A program made the position numbers and the translations under genes. A DNA stretch of 62,496 nucleotides from Ginglymostoma cirratum (lineage: Eukaryota). Below the pieces are notes generated by a model. The model searched no databases. It had not been told where the DNA came from and saw only the letters and a program-made list of their open reading frames with translations. This document shows, piece after piece, positions 51,041 to 62,496 of this stretch. Each line of letters starts with the position of its first letter. The stretch's first letter is position 1. The stretch is from contig JAHRHZ010000049.1 of the NCBI GenBank assembly GCA_024137785.1, forward strand, positions 17,913,667 through 17,976,162, written 5' to 3'.

Positions 51041-51509
51041 TTTGATCTCTTAAGCCTACTTTTTCACTTGCCAAAATCATGCATAATTTGATTGTGACCC
51101 AAATTCAACTTTCCTATTTGGCTCCATAATTCTTTACTCTGTTGTCCATCAAAAATCTGTGTAAAACTGTTTTGAATAAATTCATAGTGAGTATTTTAGT
51201 TCTTTGCAAGTGCCAATTAGCACTGTCAGTAGCCACTTCCACCATTTTGCTGAAGCTCTAAAGTAGATTGTTAGGTTAATAACTGCCTGGATTAGATTTG
51301 TCCTGCTTTTTGTTGTTAGCACATAGTTAGGCAATTTTCCATATTGTTTGATAGACTCCCATGTTGTAATTGTATTGGAATAGCATCTAGCAGCATAGCT
51401 CATTCTTGAGGACGTGGCTCCAACATCACTGAAGATGTAAATATTAATGGAGCCTTTTCCTCCTGTTAACTATTTAAATGTGTGCCAGCATTCATTCCTG
51501 CCAGATAGT

Positions 51510-52580
51510 GGACTTGTGAAGAAAGTCATAGATCATGTAATAAAAGGCTCAGTAGCAGCCGTGGTCCAAAATTAGCTACATTATGAAACAGAGTAATGAT
51601 CAACGGACAATTTTCAAGCTGCAGGAAGGTTTGTAGTGGAGTTCCAAACAAATCAATAGTGGGATCCTTGTTTTTCCTGGTGTATGTTGACGCTCAGTTT
51701 CTTGGTATGCAGGGGACAATTCTAAACGTTGAAGAAGACATGAAACTTGGAAGAATTATAAACTGTGAGCAGGATAGTGTGATAAGTTTTTGGATGTGTA
51801 GATAGGTGGCAGATGAGGTCCAATGCAAAGAAGTGTGAGACCATGCACTTTGAAAGGAAGAACAGTGAGAGACAATATAAAATAATGGGTACAATTCTGA
51901 AGGTGGTGCAGGAGCAGACGGATCTAGGTATATATGTGCACAGATCATTGCTAGTGGCTGGACAGGTGGACAGAGCCGAGTCCTTGGATTTATTCATAAC
52001 ATCATAGTATACAAGAGCAAGAAGGCAATGCTAAACTCATATCAGACACGTGTTTACTTCAGCTAGAGTACTGTGTACAGTTGTGGGTATCACATTATAG
52101 GAAAGATGAGAATGTATTTGAGAGAATGCAGAAGTGATTTACACGAGTGGTTTCAGGAATGAGGATAGATTGAAGGAATTGGGACTGTTCTCCTTAGAGA
52201 GAAGACAGCGAAGAAGAGATTTGATCGAGGTTTTCAAAATCATGGATGAGTTGGATAGAGTAAATAGGGAGAAGCTGTTGCCACTTGTGAAAGAAACAAG
52301 AACAAGAGGGCATAGGTTTAAAGTGATGTGCAAGAGAATGAAGGGTGAAGTGGGAAAACACTTTTTCACACAGTAATTAGTTTCAGCATGGAATTCACTG
52401 CCTGGAAATATGATGAAGGCAGGTTCAATTGAGGAATTTAAGAGGATATTGGATGATCCTTTGGATAGAAATAGTGTGCACAAATGTAGGGAAAAATAAC
52501 AATGTTGATTTTAAGAGCTGGTGCAGGCATGATGGGCCAAATTGTGTCTTTCTGCACTGTAACAATTCTATGATTCTGTG
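51510..52580 (+). mobile_element. Degenerate CR1 LINE 3' part
   Basis: CSGVPNKSIVGSLFF, NAKKCETMHF, LFSLERRQRRRDLIEVFKIM; tail attctatgattctgtg. Confidence 0.88.
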
Positions 52581-52910
52581 ACAACTGGATGTGACAGGAC
52601 TGCAGGGTTTAGATCCTCTGGTGGTGATTGAGTAGACAGAAGGTAGTTATCAGCCTGCTGCTTCCTTGCCTATATTAGACCTCACATCATGAGACTTCTT
52701 GGGAACTAAAGTCAATGTTGAGGACACCCGGAATAGCTTTCACTCGCCTCCTGCAGAACATGGTACCACCTGCTGGTACACCTGTTCTGTGTTAAAATAG
52801 GACACACTGTTGTCTGGAACATTGAGTGTCAGATATGATTACTTGAATATGACTACATCAGGTTATTGGTTCACTATATGGATAGCTCTTCCCGCTTTGG
52901 TACAAACACG

Positions 52911-54110
52911 AGGATGAAGGTGGAGAAGTGGATGTGGTATACATGGATTTAAGTAAGGCGTTTGATAAGGTTCCCCATGGTAGGCTCATGCAGAAGGTAA
53001 GGAGGCATGGCATAGGGGGAAATGTGGCAGATTGGATTCAGAATTGGCTGATCCTTAGAAGACAAGGGTGGTAGTGGACAGAAAATATTCAACATGGTGC
53101 TCAGTTACGAATGGTGTACCACAAGGATCTGTTCTGGGTCCTCTTCTATCTGTGATTTTTGTAAATGATTTGGATGAAGGAGCGGAAGGGTGGATTAGCG
53201 AGTTCGCGGACGATACAAAGGTGAGTCATGTTGTGGACAGTGCAGAGGGCTGTTCTAGATTACAAAGGGACATTGATAGAATGCAGAGCTGGGCTGAGAA
53301 GTGACAGATGGAGTTTAACACGGAAAAGTGTGAGGTGATTCATGTTGGAAGGACAAACTTGAAAGCAGAATACAGGGCTAACGGAAAGATTCTTGGCAGT
53401 GTGGAGGAGCATAGGTATCCTGGGGTTCATGTTCACAGTTCCCTGACAGCTGTCACCCCAGTGGATAGAGTTGTTAAGAAGGCGTATGGTGTGTTAGCTT
53501 TCATTAATAGAGGGATCAAGTTCAAGAGCCGTGAAGTTATGCTCCAGCTATACAAAAGCCTGGTTCGGCCATACCTGGAGTATTGTGTCCAGTTCTGGTC
53601 ACCGCATTACAGGAAAGATGTGGAAGCTTTAGAAAGGGTGCAGAGGAGATTCACCAGGATGTTGCCTGGAATGGAGGGAAGGTCTTATGAGGAAAGGTTG
53701 AGAGAGCTAAGGCTTTTCTCTATGGAACGACAAAGGATGAGAGGTGACCTGATAGAGGTGTACAAAATGATCAGAGGTATAAATAGAGTGGACAGCCAGA
53801 GACTTTTTTCCTCGGGTGGAGGCAGCTATTATGAGGGGGCATAGTTTTAAAGTGAAAGGAGGTAGATATCGGGGAGACGTCAGATGTAGGTTCTTTACTC
53901 CGAGAGTGGTAGGGGCATGGAATGCATTGCCGGAGAGGGTAGTGGAGTCGGCCTCATTCAGGGCATTTAAGCGGCTATTAGATAGGCATATGGATGATAG
54001 TATAAGGTAGCGGTGGAGGTTAGATAGACCTTAGATTTAGGGAGAAGTTCAGCGTGGGCCGAAGGGCCTTTACTGTGCTGTACTGTTCTATGTTCTATGT
54101 TCTATGTTCT
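52911..54110 (+). mobile_element. Relatively young 5'-truncated CR1 LINE (RT C-terminal region and tail)
   Basis: DLSKAFDKVPH, GVPQGSVLGP, FADD, LVRPYLEYCVQFWSPH; ORFs 53068-53304 and 53308-53844 are separated by one TGA in place of Trp; (TTCTATG)n tail. Confidence 0.95.
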
Positions 54111-54572
54111 AAGTTCCCAAATACTAGTAAGGAGAGTAAGGCTTTGCAGGCTCAATAAGGATGCATTTGCTTTTATCGTTTCCAATGCCTAAATGTTCTG
54201 ATGCTGTGTGTTTCATCCATTTTCATTCTTTTCTTTGAACTTTGTAGTTGTGTAACATATTGAATGACTTTCTAGGCAATTTCAGTAGGCAGTTAAGAAT
54301 GAATGACATTATTGTGGGTCTGGAGTCACAGGCAGGCCAAACCAACAGATTTACCTGCTAAAGGAGATTAGTGACCAGTATGGGTTTTTATGACAATGGT
54401 CCCATGGTCACCATTAGACTGGCTTTAAATTGTACTTTTTTTCAAATTTCACCATGGTGGCATTTAAACCCATTTCTGCAATATATCTGCCTGGTCTCTG
54501 AATTCATAGGCCACTGATTTTATCACTACCTCATTGCCTCCAATCATTGTTGGGACACCTGGATCCCGCTGT

Positions 54573-54739
54573 GATAACAAATTGTAGAGGTGGATGAACA
54601 CAGCAGGCCAAGCAGCATCAGAGGAGCAGGTAAGCTGACGTTTCAGGTCTGGACCCTTCTTCAGAAACGGGGGAGGCAAAGGGGTTTCTGAAATAAATAG
54701 GGAGAGAGGGAGAGGTGGCATCGGCAGTTCTCACTACCT
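54573..54739 (-). mobile_element. Short PLE-derived element: inverted body plus direct tail, 14-bp TSD
   Basis: Minus body 54573-54715 with CTGAAGA-A-GGGTCCAGACCT-GAAAC-GTC; plus-strand tail gcatcggcagttctcactacct; TSD ctggatcccgctgt (54559-72) / ctggatccctctgt (54740-53). Confidence 0.85.
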
Positions 54740-56650
54740 CTGGATCCCTCTGTATTGTCGATTTCTGCAGTCTCTCACATAACATACTGCTTTTCTATCC
54801 TTTCTCTGAAGTGTAAGCATTCACATTTTCCCACATGATTTCTGCAATTTTTTTGCACATTTACATTTCTTTTCCAAATGCATTTACAGACATTTTACGC
54901 CCTTTTACCAACTTATTTTCCTGTCTTTGTATCATCAGTAAATTTAGCCAACTGACATTTTGTCACTTCTTGATTAGTTATTGATAAATATTTGAAATAA
55001 CTGTGCCACAGCATTGATCCCTGTAGCACTCTACTGATAACAGTTTGCTAATCTGAAAATGATCCATTTATACCTTCTCTCTGTTCTCTATTAGCTAATC
55101 AATCTTCTGACCATGGTAATAACAAATAACAAATAACAAAACAAGAAATAGAAGTAAGAATAATGACCATTGATCCTGCTCCACCATTTAATATGATCAT
55201 GTCTAATCTTGGGTTTTAACCCCAATTTTTACTGCCTGTACCCGATCTCTCTTGGTTTCATGAGAGGCCAAAGATCTGTCCATTCCAACCATAATCCTCT
55301 GGAATATTAGCTCCTATTTGTATGGTAGCTTTTGATGTGGCATATTATCAAATGCCTTTTGGAAATACAAATACACCATATCATCAGTTTTCCCTTTATC
55401 CACCTTATTTGATGCTTTCTCAAAGACATCTAAAAGTTGGTCAAAGGAATGTCTGCTATGATCCAACAATAAATTATTTTTTCTGATAGTGCATGTGCAA
55501 CCTAAAGCCAGTTGCTAAAAATTATTTTAAAATTACTTTGTTTAACAGTTTTTTTTTAAGTTACATGCTTTAGTTTCATTATTTTCTTTCTCATTGTTAA
55601 GGGTGTGTTAGGTTTTTATTACCCTTTATTTTAATTTATTTCAGAAATTTCACTTCTACAATACTTGACCCTGGGTGACAGCAAATGCAGCCTTTAGTCA
55701 AACATTATTTCCCTTTCAAAACACCATATTGATTCCGCCTGATTATCTTATGTTTTTCTAAACGTTCTACTACTAACTTCTTAAAAATAGATTCTACTAT
55801 TTTCCCTGTGATGAATATTCAGTGAATTGCTCCAGAATTTCCTTCTCTCTCACTCCCTTCTTTCTCGAATATGAGCATTTCGGTGGTAACTTTCCAACGT
55901 TTTGAGAATCCAAAAAATTTTGGGTGACCATATTCATGCACCTAATATATCTGCAGCTTCTTATTTTAGTTTTAAGTCATCAGGACCAAGGGACATGTCA
56001 GCCTTTAGTTCTAATAATTTTCACAATACCTATTCCTTCATTGTGTAATTTTATGTTCCTTTCTCTCATTTACCTCTTGATTTTCAAGCATTGGGATTTC
56101 TTTGTGTCCTCTACAATGAATGTCGACACAAAATACTTGTCCAAAGCTTCAAATATTTCCTTGCTTCACATTATTAAATAGCATAACACATTGAGGTAGG
56201 TAGATAGATTAAACCCATAAGAAAATGTGAGGTGATTCATTTTGGCTGGAAGAAAGGAAAACATTTGAATTGGTGAGAAGCTATTAGGTGTTGTGGTCAG
56301 AGAGATGCAGATTTCCTTATGGACAAAATCTAGAAAGTTAATTAACAAGAAACAATTAATAAGTCCTTTGGTTGTGGTTAGATAGGCATTGGTAATTATC
56401 AGCAGGACCTTTCCTTGCCCATGTTAGGTCTCATGCAATGAGACTTCGTCCTTCGTAATTTCTTTCTGTGCCTATGTGTTACCTTTCTGTGATTTGTCTG
56501 CAATGATCCTCAAATCATTCTGAATATTAAATACATATGTATTTCATAATTTAAAAAAAACTTACATACTTATTCTTTACTTATTACTTCCAAGGTGGGT
56601 ACTTGCACATGTAGCCTCATCATACTCCAATAGCCAACTTTCTTACTCTG

Positions 56651-56803
56651 GATGAGTTGGTTAGCTCAGTTGGCTGTATGACTAGTTTGCAATACAAAGC
56701 GATGCCAACATTGCGGGTTAAATTTCTGTACCAGCTGAGGTCACCATGAAGGTCTTGCCTTCTTGAACTTGCCCTTTGCCTGAGGCATGGTCTCCCTCAG
56801 GCT
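56651..56803 (+). mobile_element. tRNA-derived SINE 5' part
   Basis: ttagctcagttgg (A box-like) ... gggttaaatttc (B box-like), followed by gaggtcaccatgaagg. Confidence 0.6.
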
Positions 56804-57052
56804 ATCTCCCCTCCCCCAACCGCATCCCAAAACCAGCCCAGCTCATCTCTGCCTCCCTAACCTGTCCTTCCTCTCACCTATCCCCTCCTCTATCCATCTT
56901 CTATCCACCTCCCCCTCTCTCCCTATTTATTTCAGAACCCTCTTCCCCTCCCCCATTTCTGATGAAGAGTCTAGGACCGAAATGTCATGCTTTCCTGCTC
57001 CTATGATGCTGCTTGGCCTGCTGTGTTCATCCAGCCCCACACCTTGTTATCC
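56804..57052 (+). mobile_element. 3' end of PLE family A including pLTR and hammerhead-like core
   Basis: Homologous to 33965-34280; CTGATGA at 56959-65 and GAAA at 56979-82. Confidence 0.85.
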
Positions 57053-58196
57053 CAGTTACTTCTTTCGACTGAGAAAATGGAATTATGGTGACTTTTTACC
57101 AATTATGTAACAGGTCACTTTGCAGTCTCATTGTGCCTTTTTAACAGATGACTTTCCTACATGCTTTGTAACATCAGCTAACTTAGATATATGACACTGT
57201 TCCCTTACCTCGATAATTAATAGTAATATAAATAGCTGATATCTAAATACTGATCTCTGCACCACTCCATTAATCACTTCCTGACACATTTATTCCTATT
57301 CTGTTTTCTGTGTTCAATCCATGCTGATATATAAAGCTAATTCCATGAGCCATAATCTTGCATAATAACTTCTTGTGTGGCAATCATTAATACTTACTGA
57401 AAATTCTTATCAACTGAATCCATTGGTATCTTCTTGTTTGAGTTGCCAGTTACACCATTGAAAAGTGCAATAAATCTACCAAGCACAATTTGTTCTTCAT
57501 AAAACTGTGTTGCATCTGCCTGATCATATGTTTTTTTTTCCAAGCTCCCTGTCCCCAGACATCTATTATAGATTCCACCTCTTGTCCCTCGATGGACAAG
57601 TTGTGTTTAGTTTCACATTTACTCTTTCCTCCATTTCTAGAACAGCAGAGTTAGATGTGGTATCTTCCAATCTACTGGAACTGTTCTAAAGTTATGGAAT
57701 TTTGATAATAATCTAAGCTACTTCTTTAAATCCAAAGTAGTCTTGACATTTCTACTTAGTCATGGTGGTACCATTTTTCTTTATTTCTCAGAGAATAACA
57801 TATTTGTTGAGAATTATAAATCATGTTTAAATCTTTTCCATTGCTCTTCTACTAACATTTCTTTTAATTAAATATTTTGATCCATCTCAGCTAACTCGCC
57901 CTCATATCTTTGTCATTGTTTAAATTTTGTAACCCAGTTTGTGCTTAACTATAAAAGTAACATGAAATTCTATCATATTATAAATGTTATTCATCAGAGA
58001 AAGCTTTATCATTTCAGACAATTTAATTGCATAATATTTTAAAATTTAATTGATCTTAAAACTTTCTGTTCCCTTCCAACATTTCTCTTTCCCTTTTTAG
58101 CTATACATTCAGTAGTATGCAGGGAGGCAATTGCAATTTAAGTTCTCTAATACATAGACAGCACAGACATGAGGGTGGAATCTAATGAAGACAACA

Positions 58197-58283
58197 GGGT
58201 CTAGGCCCGAAATGTCAAGCTTTCCTGCTCCTATGATGCTGCTTGGCCTGCTGTGTTCATCCAGCTCTACACCTTGTTATCTC
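58197..58283 (+). mobile_element. Tailless short family A element starting at hammerhead stem II
   Basis: gggtctaggcccgaaatgtcaagc...ttgttatctc flanked by agacaaca (58189-96 / 58284-91). Confidence 0.85.
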
Positions 58284-61200
58284 AGACAACAACGATCTTG
58301 GTTGACAGCTAGAAAGATGGGGAGACCCCTACCTCTCCACTTTTTGGTAAGGCGTGCCACATCTTGTGCCACTCAGGCACTTGACAGTCCAGCAGTGGAA
58401 CGTCCTTTGGCACTCAGGACACAAAACTTGAACATGCCTAGATCTGTTGGACAGTAAAAAGCTAGCACCATCCACTACACAGCAGTGCCTCTGAAACCTT
58501 GGATAGAGGTGAATGATGGCATGAAAAAGATCAGGAGTGAAAGTCTCAGTGAGTGGGGATCTACAACAAGATATCAGGGTAGCTTTCAGCTTACCACCCT
58601 TTCTGATGCTGCATCCACCAAACAGGAACTGTATGCCTCTGAAAGATGATTTTTTTCCTGGGAGCCAGTCAGCAAAACTGCCAGTGCACCCTTGCTTTCT
58701 GTGTGAAAAGATATACATCTGCAAGAGTTACAATAAGCAATGTCAGGATGAAGCCCTCAAGTGGACATCCATTACCCATTTAATGGTCTCAGACGATGGA
58801 AAGGCAGGACCCGTCCATGAGCCTTCTTGCTAAGGACATAACTGATACAGCGATGGGAAGCCAGCAAAACGCCCACTTGCCATCCTTCTACCTGAGTAAA
58901 CAAACCCCACTGCCAAACTCGCCACAGGGTGAGACACAAGGTTTCATCCAACAGGAGAATAACCTTCATCTATTCTGTGACCTTTTATGGGTCATATGGT
59001 AATGGAACTACATTCAGTAAAAATGTGCATCATAAAAGGCTGTAACATATTGTGTCAGATTGTCTGAGAGTGACATTCACGCTCGGACAACCACATCACT
59101 CCTTTTTTACTTTAAGAATGAGCTCTGCATTCCTGACAGGAAATTCCAATCAGAGCTCCTCCAGATCGTGGAACCATATTTTAAATCTGGCAGATCAGAA
59201 TCCTCCCACAGACATTGCAGATTGGTTTTCGTGAGTGGATCTTATTTAAGCAAGATTTCAGTGGTATTGACAGATTATATAAATAGGCCAACAGGCAGCG
59301 ATCCCCTGACCCTTACTACTGACCCCCTCCTCTCCATTCTTCATGAGACCTACCTCATGAACCCCTTCTGGCCTTATTCCTTGCTGTACCTCAAAGCTAA
59401 TATTCTGTGTTGCTTGTATGAAGACACCTCACTCTCTCTCTCTGATATTTAAAAGATTTCTACCTTTTACAAAATACATTGTGTTTCTATTGTTTCATTA
59501 AAATGAATAACTTTATATTTCCCCACATTTTGGACAACTCACCAATTGGGATAATGTGAAATTCAGTAGGACTAAGATTCACTTGGGTTTGCAGCAACAT
59601 CCTAGAGGGAAGCTTGAGAGAGATCACAGCAATGGATATCAATGGGGTAATAGACTTACTAAACTTAAGCCTTAACATGCACCCAAAAAGTGAAGGAAAA
59701 GTCAATGCCAGACTATCCTTCCAGCTCCATAAATGCTGTAACCTGAACCCAGGCCTTCTGGCTCAGACATTGGGACACTACAAGAGCCTTACATAATAAC
59801 ATATGTTGAGCAAATATGGTCACCACACTTACTGCAATTACAATGATACTGCATCCCTAACTATATCTCGTTAATCCAATTAAATACATTTTGACATCCT
59901 GGTCTATTAGTGATGGAAACATTGCCTAACTGATATGAAGCTGGAAATCTGAAAATTGCAATGGTTTGTTGAATGGCTTCTTTGTGTCAATGGAATGGGT
60001 GAGGTGGAGGTCCTGGAAAAGGTCATGACTTTTACAATTGTCAATGACTGAATGTACTCATGAAGAATAGTTTATGATTCTACATAGGTATACAGGGTGC
60101 ACAAAATATTTCCCAAAAGTTAATAGACATGAACAAATTGACTGTTGCACGCAAGGTGAAGCATAAATCGAAGTGTTGAATGTGATTGCTGCATTGGTCC
60201 ACTGGCTGTAGCCAGTGACCCTGTTTAAACCAAAGAAAAGTGGCTTAATAGCAAAATGAGAATTGATTTGGTCTGATTCAATTTGGGGCCATTTTGTGTT
60301 CAACAGTCAAACTGCTCACATATAATAATCTGAGGGAAGATTATGTGCGTCCAGTAAGAATATTGAAATGATATCCAATTCTTCATAAACACGTATAGAA
60401 CTCACTACCTATGGCTCAAGGCTATTTTTTCCCTTCATAAATGAAATAAATTCTGGATTCTGCAGTCCCATGTTCAGCTTTCTATTTAAATAAGACAAAT
60501 TATTTAAATAATGACAGGTGACCCTAGAAACCTTTTCTGCAAGTTATATGATAGCTTTTATTTTTCCCATCAATCTCTTTTGTAAGAATGAGAAAATAAA
60601 TTCTCCAAGATGATATTATGCGTATACCAGTGCTGAGTAACGAAAATTATAAGGAGATTGTTGTTCCGTGACTCAGCATGAAGGAAAAGTATATTGACAA
60701 TATCTATTCTCTTTTAGCATAAATCAGACTGCTAAGCTACATGGAGCAATATATAGGACTGCCATGTAGAGAAAGTATGTTGTAACGTTTACTGCATCTT
60801 ATTTCAAGAAAATTTGATTTTAAACACATTACTTTTTATATTGAGCCATGAAGTTAGCCTGTAGTTTAACTACCTAACTCATGCCTCATCCTGAACTCAT
60901 TTAAAAATAACATTTATTCTGAAATTTGAAAAGTGCAGCCAGCATTTGGCTAATTGTGATCATTTTAGTTGTTAAAGATTAATTCACTACATGAGTGGAC
61001 TTGATTAATATTATTTATGCAAATCAATCCTTTATTTATAAAGTCCAGGTTTAACAACCATGCTGACCAAACTAGCCTTAATTAAAATCCTAATTTGTAA
61101 TGATGTTATTTTAAACCCAAAAAATTAGACAACTTGTCATGTTTACTTAATTCAAAAATTCTTTTAATCCTTCAAAATATAATAATGCGAGTTATCTACA

Positions 61201-62006
61201 ATAATAAAATATATGTTTTATCATTTCAATTCAGGATTCACTAAGCACTACCTATAATGCTATTCTCTAATCCCATCAATGCAATAAATGCACACGTCTG
61301 AATATTTAACAGAAGTTAGTCACTCAAGTTCTTGTTAATTGGTACAGAATTATCAGTTCTTTGCACTGCAGTCCAATTTATCATAGTAGAGCCTATTAAC
61401 AAGGTAATGGTAATTGGTATTTGAAGCTTACCAGTCTTCATAGTATTCAATGAATGTATAAAAGTCTCCTGTCTCACTTGGAAGTGGAGTTATTCTGAGA
61501 GGACAGAAAGCACGTTAAATGGAAGTTAACACTTTTGCCCTTTCATAACAACTTGCAGGAGTGCTCACATTTTCTTTCCAAGAGAATTCTTACTCATAAC
61601 ACCACAGCAGAAATTATGCAGAATGGAAATTAACATAAATTTGCTTTTCCATTCTCACCATTAGCAGGTTTAATTTTGCCATTATTGCCAGTGGCTGAGC
61701 GTGCATATGAGTCATGACCCCTGCTTACTAACACTTGGATGGGAAACAACAAGAGGGAAGACCTCATGAGATATTGGTTTAAGGTGAAGTCAAACCTGCA
61801 ACAGACAAAACAGACTAATAGTCAATAAAATTCGACTTCAAAAAATGCAAAGTATAGTGTGTAGAAAGAAAAATGTGTGTAATAAACATTTCAGTTTTAT
61901 TTTGTATATGTGACAGTGAGGTTGAAAGTGATCTTGTGGACAGTTATTATTCTGAGCATTTAATGTATCCTTCATCACAGAGAAATAATCAACACTGCAG
62001 ATAGAA

Positions 62007-62299
62007 GGGCGGCACTGCTGCCTCACAGCGCCAGGGAACCGGGTTTGATTCCAGCCTTGGGCGACTGTCTGTGTGGAGTTTGCACATTCTCCCCGTGTCT
62101 GCGTGGATTTCCTCTGGGTGCTCCGGTTTCCCCCCACAATCCAAAGATGTGCAGGTTAGGTTGATTGGCCATGCTAAATTGCCCGTAGTGTTCAGGGAGG
62201 TGTAGATTAGGTGGGTTATAGGGGGATGGGTCTGGGTCGGATGCTCTGAGGTTCAGTGTGGACTTGTTTGGCCGAAGGGCCACTATAGGGATCCTATGA
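62007..62299 (+). mobile_element. HE1-type V-SINE with A-box region deleted
   Basis: Matches 17679-18047; head collapsed to gggcggcactgctgcc. Confidence 0.9.
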
Positions 62300-62371
62300 A
62301 TGTCAAACTACATCGGCAAAACAAGGCGAGTTGCAGAAATTCATGCTAAAACTAAACAATGCCTTACATTA

Positions 62372-62496
62372 GAGATAAAAGGTACTGCAGATGCTGGAGA
62401 ATCCGAGATAACAAGCATGGGGCTGGATGAACACAGCAGGTCAAGCAGCATCATAGGAGCAGGAAAACTTGACGTTTCGGGCCTAAACCCTTCATC
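62372..62496 (-). mobile_element. Short family A element cut by window end
   Basis: Minus strand gatgaagggtttaggcccgaaacgtcaag... through tail gcatctgcagtaccttttatctc. Confidence 0.9.

Larger units (their letters stand above)
54780..57950 (-). mobile_element. Cluster of old, fragmented CR1 copies with nested younger elements
   Basis: Repeated minus-strand CR1 RT scraps (cagcattgatccctgtagcactc at about 55010, atcaaatgccttttggaaat at about 55350, similar at 57240-57400). Confidence 0.6.

Noticed and set aside
12879-61024. Scattered ATGCAAAT octamers (about 12879, 30562, 35604 and 61017) as immunoglobulin-type promoters
   Set aside because: A few hits are expected by chance in AT-rich DNA, and I saw no V segments or recombination signal sequences.

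Overview
Eukaryotic (vertebrate) non-coding DNA, almost certainly from an elasmobranch (shark or ray), judged from HE1-type V-SINEs and the typical elasmobranch CR1, Penelope-like and Harbinger repeats. I recognise no host protein-coding gene, rRNA, true tRNA or CRISPR array. The ORFs with recognisable homology belong to decayed mobile elements: CR1-group LINEs, two Neptune-type Penelope-like elements (PLEs; RT plus GIY-YIG) and PIF/Harbinger fossils (Myb/SANT plus DDE transposase). The rest look spurious. The most interesting signal is a window-wide set of short PLE-derived insertions carrying a minimal hammerhead-ribozyme-like core (CTGAnGA-A-stem II-GAAAC-GTC). Several are fold-back (head-to-head) hairpins, four have 13-14 bp target-site duplications (TSDs), and their 5' break or fold-back points cluster inside the ribozyme motif. 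A decayed coding partner sits at about 31.6-34.3 kb with the same inverted architecture at kb scale. Boundaries of old repeats are approximate, all family calls come from motif recognition by eye without database searches, and there is an assembly gap at 8280-8408.
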